Source: a virus (Duplodnaviria; Heunggongvirae; Uroviricota; Caudoviricetes). Taken from it: a stretch of 63,488 bases of DNA. The stretch covers positions 64,001 to 127,488 of IMG/VR virus record IMGVR_UViG_3300009826_000001; one strand, given 5' to 3'. The position numbers and the translations under genes are program-made. How positions within the stretch are numbered: the stretch's first letter is position 1; each line of letters starts with the position of its first letter. Under the pieces are notes generated by a model. The model was not told where the DNA came from. It did not search any database and saw nothing but the letters and a program-made list of their open reading frames with translations. This document shows, piece by piece, positions 1 to 9,496 of this stretch.

Positions 1-5
1 TCAGT

Positions 6-1136
6 GTGGATATCAAGATCGTCCAGAGATTCGGCCTCAACGCCGCCTTCAGCGCGTCCTCGCAGCTGGCGGCGGGAATGATGACCGCTTCCCACGCCGC
101 GCAACTATCCACCTATACGGCCTCGGGCAGCTTTAGCGTTCCCGACTGGTGTGACGCCTACGACGAGATCGCGCTGGGCGGCGGCGGCGGCGGCCAGGGC
201 GGTGGCGTGGGCTACGTCGCCGGCAGCGGCGGTGACCGGGGCGCCTGGGGTGCGCTCACGGTGGTACGCGGCCGAGACATCACCATGACCAACAGGTCGG
301 GAACCATCGCGGTCGGCGGTGGTGGTGCAGCCGGTGGTGATGGCGGCCAAGGGAGCAGCTCCACCGTCACTGCATCCGGCACATCTCTGACCGCGACCGG
401 CACGGGTGGTGTGGGCGGCAAAGCAAGAAGCTCCTACGACAACAACAACGCGGGCCGGGGAGCGTATGCGCTGAACTGGACTAACGCCTTCGGCAGCGTG
501 GTATCCATCGCCGGGAGTGCCGACACGGGCACGGTCGGGTCTAACGCCAACGGTCAGGCTGCCAATGCTCCCGGTGGCGGTGGTGGTGGTGGTGGCGGCG
601 GTCTTGTGGTCAACCTCGGCAACGGCATCGTGGGCGCCGCGGGGCGCTGCTTCGTCAACTTCTATCAGACCCAGCCCCGGCCCACGATCCTGATCCCGTC
701 CACGGTGTATTACCAGAGCACGGTCTACGCGGACAACGTACCCGCCACCTGGCAATACATGAACAACTTCAACGCCGATGCCAGCAAGAACGGCGGTCAG
801 ACGGGCACCGATGACACGGGCAACGGCGAGTGGATCATGGCCGATACGAACATGTACGCCAATATCACCCACATCGTGCTGGGCTACGACTATCTCAACA
901 ACCTGGATGGCGGCTGGGGCACGAGCTACACCGAAGGCTGCACGGTCTACGGGTGCAACGATGCCGGGGTGGACTGGCCGACGAGCTGGACGCCGATCAC
1001 CACCACTCCCACCTACGCCAGCACCGGCGTGCAGAACGGCCTCGTCGGTATCCGCATCAACGGGGCTTACCGCTGGATTCTGATCGCCTCGGCCGGCTAT
1101 CTCTGCCTGACCGAGTTCGAGGTGTGGCGGTCATGA
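6..1136 (+). CDS. Glycine-rich minor tail protein with probable C-terminal carbohydrate-binding (F5/8C/discoidin-like) domain; probably 5'-truncated by the window
   Basis: GGGGG-rich repeats typical of mycobacteriophage minor tail proteins; C-terminal W-I-x-x-D ... YRWILI ... L-x-L-x-E-F-E-V pattern; lies upstream of the lysis cassette. Confidence 0.7.
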   Translation: MDIKIVQRFGLNAAFSASSQLAAGMMTASHAAQLSTYTASGSFSVPDWCDAYDEIALGGGGGGQGGGVGYVAGSGGDRGAWGALTVVRGRDITMTNRSGTIAVGGGGAAGGDGGQGSSSTVTASGTSLTATGTGGVGGKARSSYDNNNAGRGAYALNWTNAFGSVVSIAGSADTGTVGSNANGQAANAPGGGGGGGGGGLVVNLGNGIVGAAGRCFVNFYQTQPRPTILIPSTVYYQSTVYADNVPATWQYMNNFNADASKNGGQTGTDDTGNGEWIMADTNMYANITHIVLGYDYLNNLDGGWGTSYTEGCTVYGCNDAGVDWPTSWTPITTTPTYASTGVQNGLVGIRINGAYRWILIASAGYLCLTEFEVWRS

Positions 1137-1212
1137 TCGCGTGCTTACCGCCAAGGGCGAGATACGATCATCGCGTGGGAAATCACACCCTTGTGATTAA
1201 GAAGGATGGACG

Positions 1213-1563
1213 ATGGCCATAGCAGTAGCAACGACCCGGCAGGCGTTGGCGAACGCCTACGTCGCGCTGGGGACCTACATCGGGGCGGCTCCTAGCGACC
1301 CCGGCACGTCTGCCACTCCGGCCAGTGAAGCCACCGGTGGCAGCCCCGCCTACGCACGCCAGGCGACCAGCTGGACGCCAGGCTCCGGTGGCAACGCCGC
1401 CGGCTCCGCGGTCACCCTCGACGTGCCGGCCAACGACTACAACTACATCCTGCTGTGCGGCGACGCAGCCGGGAACACCATGATCGACAAGGTCAGCGTG
1501 TCCCAGGTGTCGATGAGCGGCCAGGGCCAGCTTGTCATTACACCGTCGTTCGTCATCCAGTAA
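1213..1563 (+). CDS. Small tail-associated structural protein
   Basis: DPGT...EATGGSPAYAR...W motif common in small actinophage tail-region proteins; SD AAGGA upstream. Confidence 0.6.
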   Translation: MAIAVATTRQALANAYVALGTYIGAAPSDPGTSATPASEATGGSPAYARQATSWTPGSGGNAAGSAVTLDVPANDYNYILLCGDAAGNTMIDKVSVSQVSMSGQGQLVITPSFVIQ

Positions 1564-1621
1564 CCCGACACTCCCGGCGCGCGTTCACGGTTAACCCGGC
1601 CACGGGCAATACCGTGGAATT

Positions 1622-1975
1622 ATGCAGGTCGGGTCAGCGCGCGGCGCCTTTGGTGTCGTGGTATGGCCCGCCTATATCGGCGTGGTCACCAGCGCCGGCG
1701 TCGAACCCGAATTCGGGTGGGACTACAACCGCGGCCAGATCCGCTGGAGCGTGTGCGACGGCGAGGTCATCGGCGAGGCCAGCGTCGAGGTCCCCGGCTC
1801 CGTCCTGGATTACACCCACGTCATCTACACGCATCACCCCACCAAGATGCCGTACTGGACGGTTCAGAAATTCTCCCATCCCTTTCACCTGCCGCAAGGG
1901 GGCACCATCCGGCTGTCCCGGATCACTGAACGCGACGTGACACCACTACGACCCGATCCGGTGCTCCATGACTAG
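1622..1975 (+). CDS. Hypothetical phage protein (tail/lysis boundary)
   Basis: Good codon bias; WPAYIG...RGQIxW...YTHxxY pattern resembles mycobacteriophage tail-region proteins. Confidence 0.5.
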   Translation: MQVGSARGAFGVVVWPAYIGVVTSAGVEPEFGWDYNRGQIRWSVCDGEVIGEASVEVPGSVLDYTHVIYTHHPTKMPYWTVQKFSHPFHLPQGGTIRLSRITERDVTPLRPDPVLHD

Positions 1976-2120
1976 GCCGCTGTGGCTCGCGCTGCTGATC
2001 GCCTTCATCGTCCTGGCGCTCCTGGCCGCGATGGTCATCCTGGACTACCACCACTCCCTGCCGCAGCTGCCGGAGCCACAGCCCGAACCGGCTATTTACC
2101 CCGGGGCGGTGATGACATGA
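1968..2120 (+). CDS. Small single-TM membrane protein
   Basis: MTRPLWLALLIAFIVLALLAAMVIL hydrophobic run; overlaps both neighbours (ATGA coupling at the 3' end). Confidence 0.5.
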   Translation: MTRPLWLALLIAFIVLALLAAMVILDYHHSLPQLPEPQPEPAIYPGAVMT

Positions 2121-2308
2121 CCAAGGCAGGGCTCTACCTGATTCTCTGCGGGATTGTCGTGCTGATGATCGGCGCAGTGATCCTGCTCAACGCGTGCGCG
2201 CCGCCGCACCGGCCGCGCCATCTCTGCTACGACGACGCCCGGTTCTGCCCACGCGCAGCGATCCTGCACGAACAGCCCCAGCCGCTCGTCGGGTACGGGC
2301 AGCGATGA
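2117..2308 (+). CDS. Small single-TM membrane protein
   Basis: LYLILCGIVVLMIGAVILL TM; ATGA overlap with lysin A. Confidence 0.5.
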   Translation: MTKAGLYLILCGIVVLMIGAVILLNACAPPHRPRHLCYDDARFCPRAAILHEQPQPLVGYGQR

Positions 2309-3786
2309 CCGAGCTGAGATTGGACTACGACCGGAGCCTGGTCCCGCAGGTCACGGCCTGGTCCTGTGGAGCGGCCGCGGCCGAGATCATCTTGGACAGC
2401 CTGGGCCGCAATCCCGGTGAGTGGCAACTCATTTCAGAAATTGGCACCCACACCGGCGGCACCGATCACATCGGATGGATAGTAGATCGCAGCCTGCGCA
2501 AGCGGGTGCCCGAGGCTGACTACCGGGTCGTGGAGATGCCGCGCGACCCGCCGACCGACTCGCAGGCCGAGGCGCTCTGGCAACACATCACCCGCTCGAT
2601 TAGGGCCGGCTTCGGGCTGCCGATGAACTGGGTGGTCCCGGCCAACAACCGCCCGCGCGGCGTCAAGGGCTCCATCAGTCCGGGTTATCCCGCGTCCACC
2701 ACCTACCACTACGTCGCCTGCATGGGTTTCGCCGAACATGAGGCCGCCGCCAACGTGCCGGGTGGGCGCGCGGTGTGGATCGCCGATTCGGCCAACTTCG
2801 GCAACATCCAGGGATTCTGGATCAGCTTCTGGCAGTGCGCGACGCTGATCCCGCCCAAAGGCTACGGCTGGGCCGCGGCCTCGCCGATCGTCGTTGAGCC
2901 GCCGCCGGCGGTCGTCGCGCCGCCGGCGCCCGGTGACGTCGACCGGGTGGGGCTGCTGACCGAGCTGATGGGCAACGCGGTGACCCGCGAGCGGTACGCG
3001 GAGCTGCTGGCGCATGTGGCCGACGCGCTGGTGCGTACCGACTGCCTGACCGTCGACCGCATAGCCATGTGGATCGCCCAGATCGGGCACGAAAGCGTCG
3101 GCTTGAAATACTTCCGCGAGCTCTGGGGGCCCACGCCCGATCAGTTGACCTACCAGGGCAGGATGGGCAACGACCAGCCCGGGGACGGGCAGCGGTACCT
3201 TGGACGGGGCCCCTTGCAGGTCACCGGGAAAAACAACTACCGAAACCTCTCGAAGTGGGCCTTCGACCGCGGTTATATCGAGGACCCGCAGCTGTTCGTG
3301 ACCAACCCCGAGCTGCTGGAAACACCCGAGTTCGGCTTCATGGGCGCCATCTGGTACCTCACCGAATGGCATAACTGGTATTCGGGCCGCGAGCCGATCA
3401 TGGTGATGGCCGACCGACGCGACATCCGGGGCGTCACGCACGCGATCAACGGCGGCTACAACGGGCTGCCCGACCGGGAGGGCCGCTACAACCGGGCGCT
3501 GGGCCGCGGTGATGCCCTCCTGGCACTGGTGAGCGCGCCCGAATCCGGGCAGGAACCGCCCGACCTGGAGCCCGAACTGCCCTATGTGCCGCCCGGGCCG
3601 GAACCCGAGCCGGAATTGCCCTATGTGCCACCGCCCGGGCCGCCTACCACGATTCCGCTGATGCCATCGCCCGAGCAGTGGGACCAGATGATGGCGCTGC
3701 AACGCGAGACACTCGACCTGGTGCGCGACCTGGCCGAGGTCACCGTCCAGATCGCCGGACTGCTCACCGAGCAGGTGAACCGATGA
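2305..3786 (+). CDS. Lysin A (N-terminal C39-like peptidase + GH19 chitinase-like domain + Pro/Glu-rich tail)
   Basis: QVTAWSCGAAAA (Cys-peptidase motif) and HYVA; GH19 motifs AQIGHES, YLGRGPLQVTGKNNY, INGGYNGL; duplicated EPELPYVPPPGP at about 3568-3642. Confidence 0.9.
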   Translation: MTELRLDYDRSLVPQVTAWSCGAAAAEIILDSLGRNPGEWQLISEIGTHTGGTDHIGWIVDRSLRKRVPEADYRVVEMPRDPPTDSQAEALWQHITRSIRAGFGLPMNWVVPANNRPRGVKGSISPGYPASTTYHYVACMGFAEHEAAANVPGGRAVWIADSANFGNIQGFWISFWQCATLIPPKGYGWAAASPIVVEPPPAVVAPPAPGDVDRVGLLTELMGNAVTRERYAELLAHVADALVRTDCLTVDRIAMWIAQIGHESVGLKYFRELWGPTPDQLTYQGRMGNDQPGDGQRYLGRGPLQVTGKNNYRNLSKWAFDRGYIEDPQLFVTNPELLETPEFGFMGAIWYLTEWHNWYSGREPIMVMADRRDIRGVTHAINGGYNGLPDREGRYNRALGRGDALLALVSAPESGQEPPDLEPELPYVPPGPEPEPELPYVPPPGPPTTIPLMPSPEQWDQMMALQRETLDLVRDLAEVTVQIAGLLTEQVNR

Positions 3787-4325
3787 GCATCGAGGACCTG
3801 CGCCGGGCCGCCGAGCGACTGGCGACCGCCGCACGGATACCGCCCACCGAGGCGGCGCCCCAGCTCCCCGTCACCGGCCTGGTCGCCTCCATCCAGGAGG
3901 AGCTACTGGCCCAGCCGTGGCTGCGCGAGGTGTACCCGGGCCTGTCGGTGACGGGGATACTCGACGGCGCGACCAAGGCCGCGCTCACCGAGTTCCAGGA
4001 ACGTGCCGCGCAGTTCGGGGCCCAGCTCACCGCGATCCCGCTCTCACTACCCCAGCCCCAGGCGCAAATGAGCGCCCAGTGGCAGCTGCCGCCGGTGCGC
4101 GCCGCAGCGCGTCAGCCCCGCGGCTGGTTGGCCGCGGTGATCTCGCTGGTGGGGATGCTGATCACGGTGCTGACCCTGATCACCGGCCTGGGCATCCTGT
4201 CGCCCGACGCCCGCGACGCCATTGCGGTCGTGCTGGCCGTGCTGACCCCGATCGCCGTCTTCTACGCACCAACGAAGGGAGTGTCCGATGCCGTCACGAC
4301 TGAGCCGCCGCCGGCTGGACCATAG
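3783..4325 (+). CDS. Probable holin (2 C-terminal TMs) with N-terminal peptidoglycan-binding-like segment
   Basis: ATGA overlap with lysin; TMs WLAAVISLVGMLITVLTLITGLGIL and IAVVLAVLTPIAVFYAP; N-terminal VASIQEEL...LSVTGILDGATKAALTEFQ. Confidence 0.6.
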   Translation: MSIEDLRRAAERLATAARIPPTEAAPQLPVTGLVASIQEELLAQPWLREVYPGLSVTGILDGATKAALTEFQERAAQFGAQLTAIPLSLPQPQAQMSAQWQLPPVRAAARQPRGWLAAVISLVGMLITVLTLITGLGILSPDARDAIAVVLAVLTPIAVFYAPTKGVSDAVTTEPPPAGP

Positions 4326-4764
4326 GCCGCTTTATCTCGCGGTCCTGATCGGGTTCGTCATCGACTCGGGGATCGTCTTGAGCCACGCCGCGCTGGGCAC
4401 CGAGGCCCATGCGCGGCTGTCGACCAGCGCGAGCGACCTGATGGCACTGACGCTGGGCATCTTCTCGCTGGTCTGCCTGTTCGCCGCCGCGTCGGGAACT
4501 CGCTTTAGGCCGCACGCGGATTTGAGGGATACCTACCTGCTGCAAGCGTGGGCCCTGATCCCGGTGGTGCTGGCTGTCGGCGTGTTCGCTGTGGGCATCG
4601 TGGCCACCGTGCCCTGGATCGCCAACATCGAGACGGTGGTGGTGCTGATCTCACTCATCGTCGGGCTGGGCTGGACGGCCGTGCACTTCTACCAGCAGGC
4701 CCACCGGCTCACGCGCGAGCTGGTCGTCCGGGCAGCCGAGGAGGCACGGCGTGAACAGCAATAA
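4288..4764 (+). CDS. Multi-TM lysis-cassette membrane protein
   Basis: About 4 hydrophobic segments; position within the lysis cassette. Confidence 0.6.
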   Translation: MPSRLSRRRLDHRPLYLAVLIGFVIDSGIVLSHAALGTEAHARLSTSASDLMALTLGIFSLVCLFAAASGTRFRPHADLRDTYLLQAWALIPVVLAVGVFAVGIVATVPWIANIETVVVLISLIVGLGWTAVHFYQQAHRLTRELVVRAAEEARREQQ

Positions 4765-5038
4765 CCTCATCGAAATACTGACCCTGGTGTCGGGCATCAT
4801 CGTGAGCGTCACCGGCGCGCTGACCACGATTCGCAACCGCCGGGCCAACGACACCGCACTCGGGGGCACCGACCTGGAGCGTGCCAAGGCCACCCAGGAC
4901 ATCGTGCGCGTCGACCAGAGTTACATCGAGCAGGCCGAGGCGATGCGCAAGGAGCTCATTCGGGTCCAGGCGGAGCTGGTGGCGGCGAGAGCCCGATCGT
5001 CCCAGCAGCAGCCACCGCCCACTTCTCCAGCGCCGTAA
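4751..5038 (+). CDS. Single-TM + coiled-coil lysis-cassette protein
   Basis: N-terminal TM followed by heptad-like AEAMRKELIRVQAELVAAR. Confidence 0.55.
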   Translation: MNSNNLIEILTLVSGIIVSVTGALTTIRNRRANDTALGGTDLERAKATQDIVRVDQSYIEQAEAMRKELIRVQAELVAARARSSQQQPPPTSPAP

Positions 5039-5189
5039 CCCGCTTGTGTAATTTGACCAGTTCAGTCCAGACCAGTGTCTCCACGCCCCAGCGCGGAGGT
5101 TTGCCGCAGGGACAGTCGATCGCCGACTCCCAGCACCAGTCTCGTGGTTCGGGTTTGCCACACTTCGAACAGACCTCGTCTTCACTCAT
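4956..5189 (-). CDS. Small Cys-rich hypothetical protein
   Basis: CxxC...CxC; convergent overlap with the preceding gene lowers confidence. Confidence 0.35.
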   Translation of the reverse strand: MSEDEVCSKCGKPEPRDWCWESAIDCPCGKPPRWGVETLVWTELVKLHKRVTALEKWAVAAAGTIGLSPPPAPPGPE

Positions 5190-5367
5190 CGCCAAATCCT
5201 GCCAGTACCTGCTCGAAGCCGTCATCAAGGTCGGCGGGCTCCGCTATCGGCCCCCCTGGAAAACACCGGGCGACCAGCCTGCTGCGGTCGTCGGGAAAGT
5301 GAAACCAGCCCACCTCATCCGGCGTGATGAGGTGGGCGATCGGTTTCCCACAGTGCGCGCACATCAC
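5182..5367 (-). CDS. Small hypothetical protein (CxxC)
   Basis: CAHCGKPI; overlap coupling with neighbours. Confidence 0.4.
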   Translation of the reverse strand: MMCAHCGKPIAHLITPDEVGWFHFPDDRSRLVARCFPGGPIAEPADLDDGFEQVLAGFGDE

Positions 5368-6014
5368 AGCTCGATCTGCCGCCCGGTCGAAGTCCGGTCG
5401 GCGATAGGGCCGGGCTGGTCGAAGTCGATGGCCCGGGCATTGGGAGCCTCGGGCTTCGGCTTCGCCAGCTCGGCGTAGGCGATCAGCACGTTCTCCAGCT
5501 GCTGGCGGGCCCGCTCCATCGGATCGCGGCCCTCGATGGAGGCATACTTCGTGTATTCCACGCGCTCGCTGTCACGCGACCGGACCGGACCGACGCGCCG
5601 GCCGAGTTCTTCGGTGCGGTACTCGGTGCGGTACTCACCCCACATGCAGGTATTACCCGGCATCTGGCGCCACAGCGGGCCCGGCTTGTCGCGCCACACC
5701 ACCTCGGCGATCCCGTGGGTGCGCACCCGCTGGGTGAGCAGCGGCTCGCCGCCCCATAAACGGAACTCGTCGCGCACGTCGGTGACCTCGACATAGAACG
5801 CCGGCGGGTTGCGGATCTCGAGATTCGACCCGTCGTTGAACACGAACGACACGCTGCGGTACTGGTCTTCGTCGAGGTCAGACACGACCTGCTCGAACAG
5901 CTCGCCACCGGCTGCGGGCAGCCGCAACTGCCACCACCACCAGTCCGGCGGCAGGAGCGATGGCCGGCCCGCGCCCAGGTCGAGCAGCGAGGAGTAGAGC
6001 GTGACCTTGGTCAT
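5364..6014 (-). CDS. Hypothetical protein with C-terminal STGRQIEL tail
   Basis: 216 aa ORF with good codon bias; tail shared with three other proteins in the window. Confidence 0.65.
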   Translation of the reverse strand: MTKVTLYSSLLDLGAGRPSLLPPDWWWWQLRLPAAGGELFEQVVSDLDEDQYRSVSFVFNDGSNLEIRNPPAFYVEVTDVRDEFRLWGGEPLLTQRVRTHGIAEVVWRDKPGPLWRQMPGNTCMWGEYRTEYRTEELGRRVGPVRSRDSERVEYTKYASIEGRDPMERARQQLENVLIAYAELAKPKPEAPNARAIDFDQPGPIADRTSTGRQIEL

Positions 6015-6020
6015 GTCGAG

Positions 6021-6224
6021 TTACCACACCTTGCATGATTTACAGAGACCGATTTCGTAGGAACCCTGGACGATCATGGCAATAATGCCAGCGATAGCCG
6101 CCGTGGCCAAGATCGAAAGGACCAGTGTCGCGATCCAGAATAGGAAGTCCTCGCCGCCCATCGCCACCGCCAGTAGCACGATCATCAGCACCGCCAGGAC
6201 GATCCCGGTCACGAACAGGATCAC
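6021..6224 (-). CDS. Two-TM membrane protein
   Basis: GTGA overlap with the upstream HTH gene; two hydrophobic helices. Confidence 0.55.
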   Translation of the reverse strand: MILFVTGIVLAVLMIVLLAVAMGGEDFLFWIATLVLSILATAAIAGIIAMIVQGSYEIGLCKSCKVW

Positions 6225-6523
6225 TCGCGGGCGCCCTGCTGCTTGACCTGATAGGCCCACTCGCGAGTGCCCTGCTGCTTGATCTGATAGATGCGGCCCA
6301 TCGAGAGGCCCGCAGCTATATGGATCGGCACGGCGGTCAGGCCGGCGTCGAAGGCTTCCACGATCATTTTTTGCAACCGTTCCTCGGCGGTGCGTACCAC
6401 GCTGCGTTTGTGGGCCAGGTCAAGTGCGGCGGCCCGTAACTTTTTACACCAGGCGTCGACGACTTCGGCGCTCGCGCGGGAATGATGCGTCAGCACCCCA
6501 CCCTGCCCGTCTACAATTTGCAT
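6221..6523 (-). CDS. Small HTH DNA-binding protein
   Basis: AFDAGLTAVPIHIAAGLSMGRIYQIK helix-turn-helix pattern. Confidence 0.6.
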   Translation of the reverse strand: MQIVDGQGGVLTHHSRASAEVVDAWCKKLRAAALDLAHKRSVVRTAEERLQKMIVEAFDAGLTAVPIHIAAGLSMGRIYQIKQQGTREWAYQVKQQGARE

Positions 6524-6596
6524 GTCCGTTAGTATGCCACCACTAGTAACCCTGCCGCGATATACGATGGTGAGAAGCCGTTGGCATAGGAGCCGG

Positions 6597-6935
6597 GTGA
6601 ACGACCCCGTTGACGACCTGATCAGCCGGATCGACGCGCTGGTCGACTACCAGATGCACGGCGGCGAGGAAAACGCCGAGTGGCGCGCCCGCAACCATTA
6701 TCCCGTTGATGACGCCGGCCACTGCACCTGCCCGGCGTGTAACCGCTACGCAATCCCGCCTGCCTACGCCGAGCGCCAGGCCGCGCACCACCTCGACCAA
6801 TACCGCTGCTGGCAGTGCCAGAGGTATCTACCCGTGACGCGCGCCATCATCGGATTGCGACCCGGCACCTTTGGCGAGCAGGCGATTTGGTGCCAGGAGT
6901 GCCTTGATGCCTGGAGCCGAAGTCAGGGCCGATAG
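6597..6935 (+). CDS. Hypothetical phage protein (Cys-rich)
   Basis: SD AGGAG before GTG; DDLISRIDALVD N-terminal motif common in actinophages; three CxxC. Confidence 0.55.
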   Translation: MNDPVDDLISRIDALVDYQMHGGEENAEWRARNHYPVDDAGHCTCPACNRYAIPPAYAERQAAHHLDQYRCWQCQRYLPVTRAIIGLRPGTFGEQAIWCQECLDAWSRSQGR

Positions 6936-6967
6936 AGGAGTGCCCGGATTCGGGCGCTCAGATTCCT

Positions 6968-7369
6968 TCAGAAACCACTGAACCGGGGCGGTTCATCCTC
7001 GTCTTTAGCCTCGGTCGGCTCTAACGGCTCTAACGGCTCGGGATCGACCACTTCGGCCTGGACGTCCTCGGCTTCGTCGAGCGGTTGCGACTCAGGTTCG
7101 AATAGCTCAGGCTCGTTTTCGGACTGCCCGGTGGATTCGGGCGTCTCGCCACCTGGAACCTCGCCAAAGTGCTCGGGCGGCTCGTGCACGTCCTCGTTCA
7201 CTACGCCGTGCAGGCGCGCCACAGCGTCGCTGAGCGCGTCGACTGTCTCGGGCCTGACCTGGCCTGCGGCGACATCCTCTTTGAGCGCCTTCACCTGGTC
7301 CTGCACGGCGTCGATGCTGGCGTGCAGATTTTCAGCGATCTCGACGAGCACGTCGTCGATGTGCGACAT
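6968..7369 (-). CDS. Acidic coiled-coil protein
   Basis: SD GGAGG; heptad N-terminus and Glu/Pro-rich tail. Confidence 0.55.
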   Translation of the reverse strand: MSHIDDVLVEIAENLHASIDAVQDQVKALKEDVAAGQVRPETVDALSDAVARLHGVVNEDVHEPPEHFGEVPGGETPESTGQSENEPELFEPESQPLDEAEDVQAEVVDPEPLEPLEPTEAKDEDEPPRFSGF

Positions 7370-7683
7370 GACAAATTCCTCCATACGGCGGCGGGATACG
7401 GGCCAGAACCGGCACACGCGACAAGTATGCGGTCGCGTGATGAACATGGGGTGGATATGGGCCGACGTGTCTAATTCGGGCAGACCGCCAGTCGCGTGAC
7501 GCACGGAATCTTACGCGGCTGGCGGTTGATCGGGTTGATGCACATGTGCCACGGGTCGGCATCGCACGTCGGGCAGCGCCACGCGATGACACGGTAGTAA
7601 GCGCGCGGCCAGCCACGCAAAACGCCCCCGAGGTCGAGGTACGGCTGACTAACGGCGTTCACGCCTACTATTTTACCGTGGCT

Positions 7684-8232
7684 GTGAAGTTCCTGGAGAC
7701 GCGAGAAGTCCCCGTGGGTGACCTCAAGAAACATCCCGAGAATCCCAACCGCGGCGATGTCAACACGATAGCCGAGAGCCTGGAGCAATTCGGTCAGTAC
7801 CGCTCCATCGTGGCGACCAAAGACCTGACCATCCTGGCAGGTCACCACGTCGTGCAGGCCGCCAAGAACATCGGTCTGAAAACCCTGCGTGTCGACATCA
7901 TCTCGGCCAACGCGCAGGACGCCAAGAGGATCATGCTGGCGGACAACCGCATCGCAGACTTGGGCCCAGGGCCCGACATCGAGGTGCTCGTCGAGGTGCT
8001 GCGCAGCATCGAGGACCTGACCGGGACCGGCTATGACCCGGAATACCTGGAGAACTTCGAGGAAGACGACGAGCCGCAAGACGACGGGCCGGAGCCCGAC
8101 GTGGTGCGCCGGCGCATCAGCTTGACCGTCGACTACCGCCTGGCGCGGGCCTGGGATGACCACCGGGCCGGTTACGATAACGACACCGACGCGCTGGGCG
8201 CCGTGCTGAAGTGGGACGAGCAGACGGACTGA
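7684..8232 (+). CDS. ParB/Sulfiredoxin-like N-terminal domain protein
   Basis: LKKHPENPNRGDV...IAESLEQFG...ILAGHH...RIMLADNR ParB-box pattern; exact start uncertain. Confidence 0.8.
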   Translation: MKFLETREVPVGDLKKHPENPNRGDVNTIAESLEQFGQYRSIVATKDLTILAGHHVVQAAKNIGLKTLRVDIISANAQDAKRIMLADNRIADLGPGPDIEVLVEVLRSIEDLTGTGYDPEYLENFEEDDEPQDDGPEPDVVRRRISLTVDYRLARAWDDHRAGYDNDTDALGAVLKWDEQTD

Positions 8233-8233
8233 C

Positions 8234-9022
8234 GTGGCCTCACTGGCAGGACTCGATACCTACATCGAGGCGATGGAGTCGGTGGAGGGTTGGTTCGAGC
8301 CCGAGGACGTCTACCTGTTCGACGGGATGCTCTCGGCGCAGCAGCGCCTCATCGGCTCCGGCGACATTCTGGAGATCGGCACCTACCGCGGCAAGAGCGC
8401 GATCGCACTCGGCTATGGGGTGAACCGGCGCAATAACGAGGAGCTGGTGATCTGCGACCCGTTCGAGCGGTTGCCCGAGCACAAGCACGCCGAGTCCAAC
8501 ATCGCCTCACTAAACCCGGACGGCTGCGACATCAACCACTTCGACGCGGCACATTTCCTGGCGAACTGGGATAAATACCATGACTGGGAGCCTGAAATCT
8601 GGAAGTGCGAGTCGGCCGAACTCAAGCTGCGCCGCCGCGTGCGGTTCGCGCACATCGACGGCTGCCACAGCTATTCGTGTGTGCGCCGCGACATTGGGTT
8701 ATGCGCTGCCGCGCTCACCGACAAGGGCGTTCTGGCGATCGACGATTACCGTAATTCGCGCGTTCCCGGCGTGGCGGCCGCCACCTGGGAGGCTGCCCAG
8801 ATTCGGGCGGATGGGCGCCGCGGCATCTATCCGTTCTGCCTGTCGGTGGGCAAGCTCTACGCTGCGACCTCACCCCAGGCGCAGAAGTTCTGGCTGGATG
8901 TGGCCACTGGCTGGATCGACTATGGGAACTGGCGCGGGAGTGTCTATCCGCTATCCGGCATTGAAGTCGTGACAATCTGGCACGAATACCCGCAAGAGGA
9001 AACGGAAGCCGAAGAAGAATAG
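8234..9022 (+). CDS. Class I SAM-dependent methyltransferase (Methyltransf_24-like)
   Basis: ILEIGTYRGKS, FAHIDGCHSY, GVLAIDDY. Confidence 0.8.
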   Translation: MASLAGLDTYIEAMESVEGWFEPEDVYLFDGMLSAQQRLIGSGDILEIGTYRGKSAIALGYGVNRRNNEELVICDPFERLPEHKHAESNIASLNPDGCDINHFDAAHFLANWDKYHDWEPEIWKCESAELKLRRRVRFAHIDGCHSYSCVRRDIGLCAAALTDKGVLAIDDYRNSRVPGVAAATWEAAQIRADGRRGIYPFCLSVGKLYAATSPQAQKFWLDVATGWIDYGNWRGSVYPLSGIEVVTIWHEYPQEETEAEEE

Positions 9023-9024
9023 CC

Positions 9025-9495
9025 ATGTCCGACTCCGAGCGATGGGTGGCAATCCCGGGCTGGGAGGGACTCTATGAAGTCAGCAACCGTGGACGGGTGC
9101 GCAGTTGCGACCGGGTGGTCGTCAACTGGCGCAAGAACCGCACCGGGCGCCGGCGTGAGATTCGCTCGGTGTGGCGGGGCAGGATTTTGCGGCAGGCCCG
9201 CAAGCGCCGGGCCCATCACATCGGCACGGCCGGCGAGAACTATTACGCGGTCGTCACCCTGATCGACCACAACTCGCATCGCCGCTGGTGTGGCCCGGTG
9301 GCCCATCTCGTGCTCGAAGGCTTTGTCGGACCTCGGCCCTATGGTCTGGTTTGTTGCCACACCGACGATGACGGGATGAACAATGACCTCAGTAATCTCC
9401 GCTGGGATACCAGCGCCGGAAACACTGCCGACGCCTACCGAAACGGCCGCCACAACTTCCTGGCCGCCAATCGGGGCAAGGCTAAATGGCGTTGA
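9025..9495 (+). CDS. NUMOD4-HNH homing endonuclease
   Basis: ERWVAIPGWEGLYEVSNRGRVRS (NUMOD4); VAHLVLEGFVG...CHTDDDGMNNDLSNLRW (HNH). Confidence 0.85.
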   Translation: MSDSERWVAIPGWEGLYEVSNRGRVRSCDRVVVNWRKNRTGRRREIRSVWRGRILRQARKRRAHHIGTAGENYYAVVTLIDHNSHRRWCGPVAHLVLEGFVGPRPYGLVCCHTDDDGMNNDLSNLRWDTSAGNTADAYRNGRHNFLAANRGKAKWR

Positions 9496-9496
9496 G

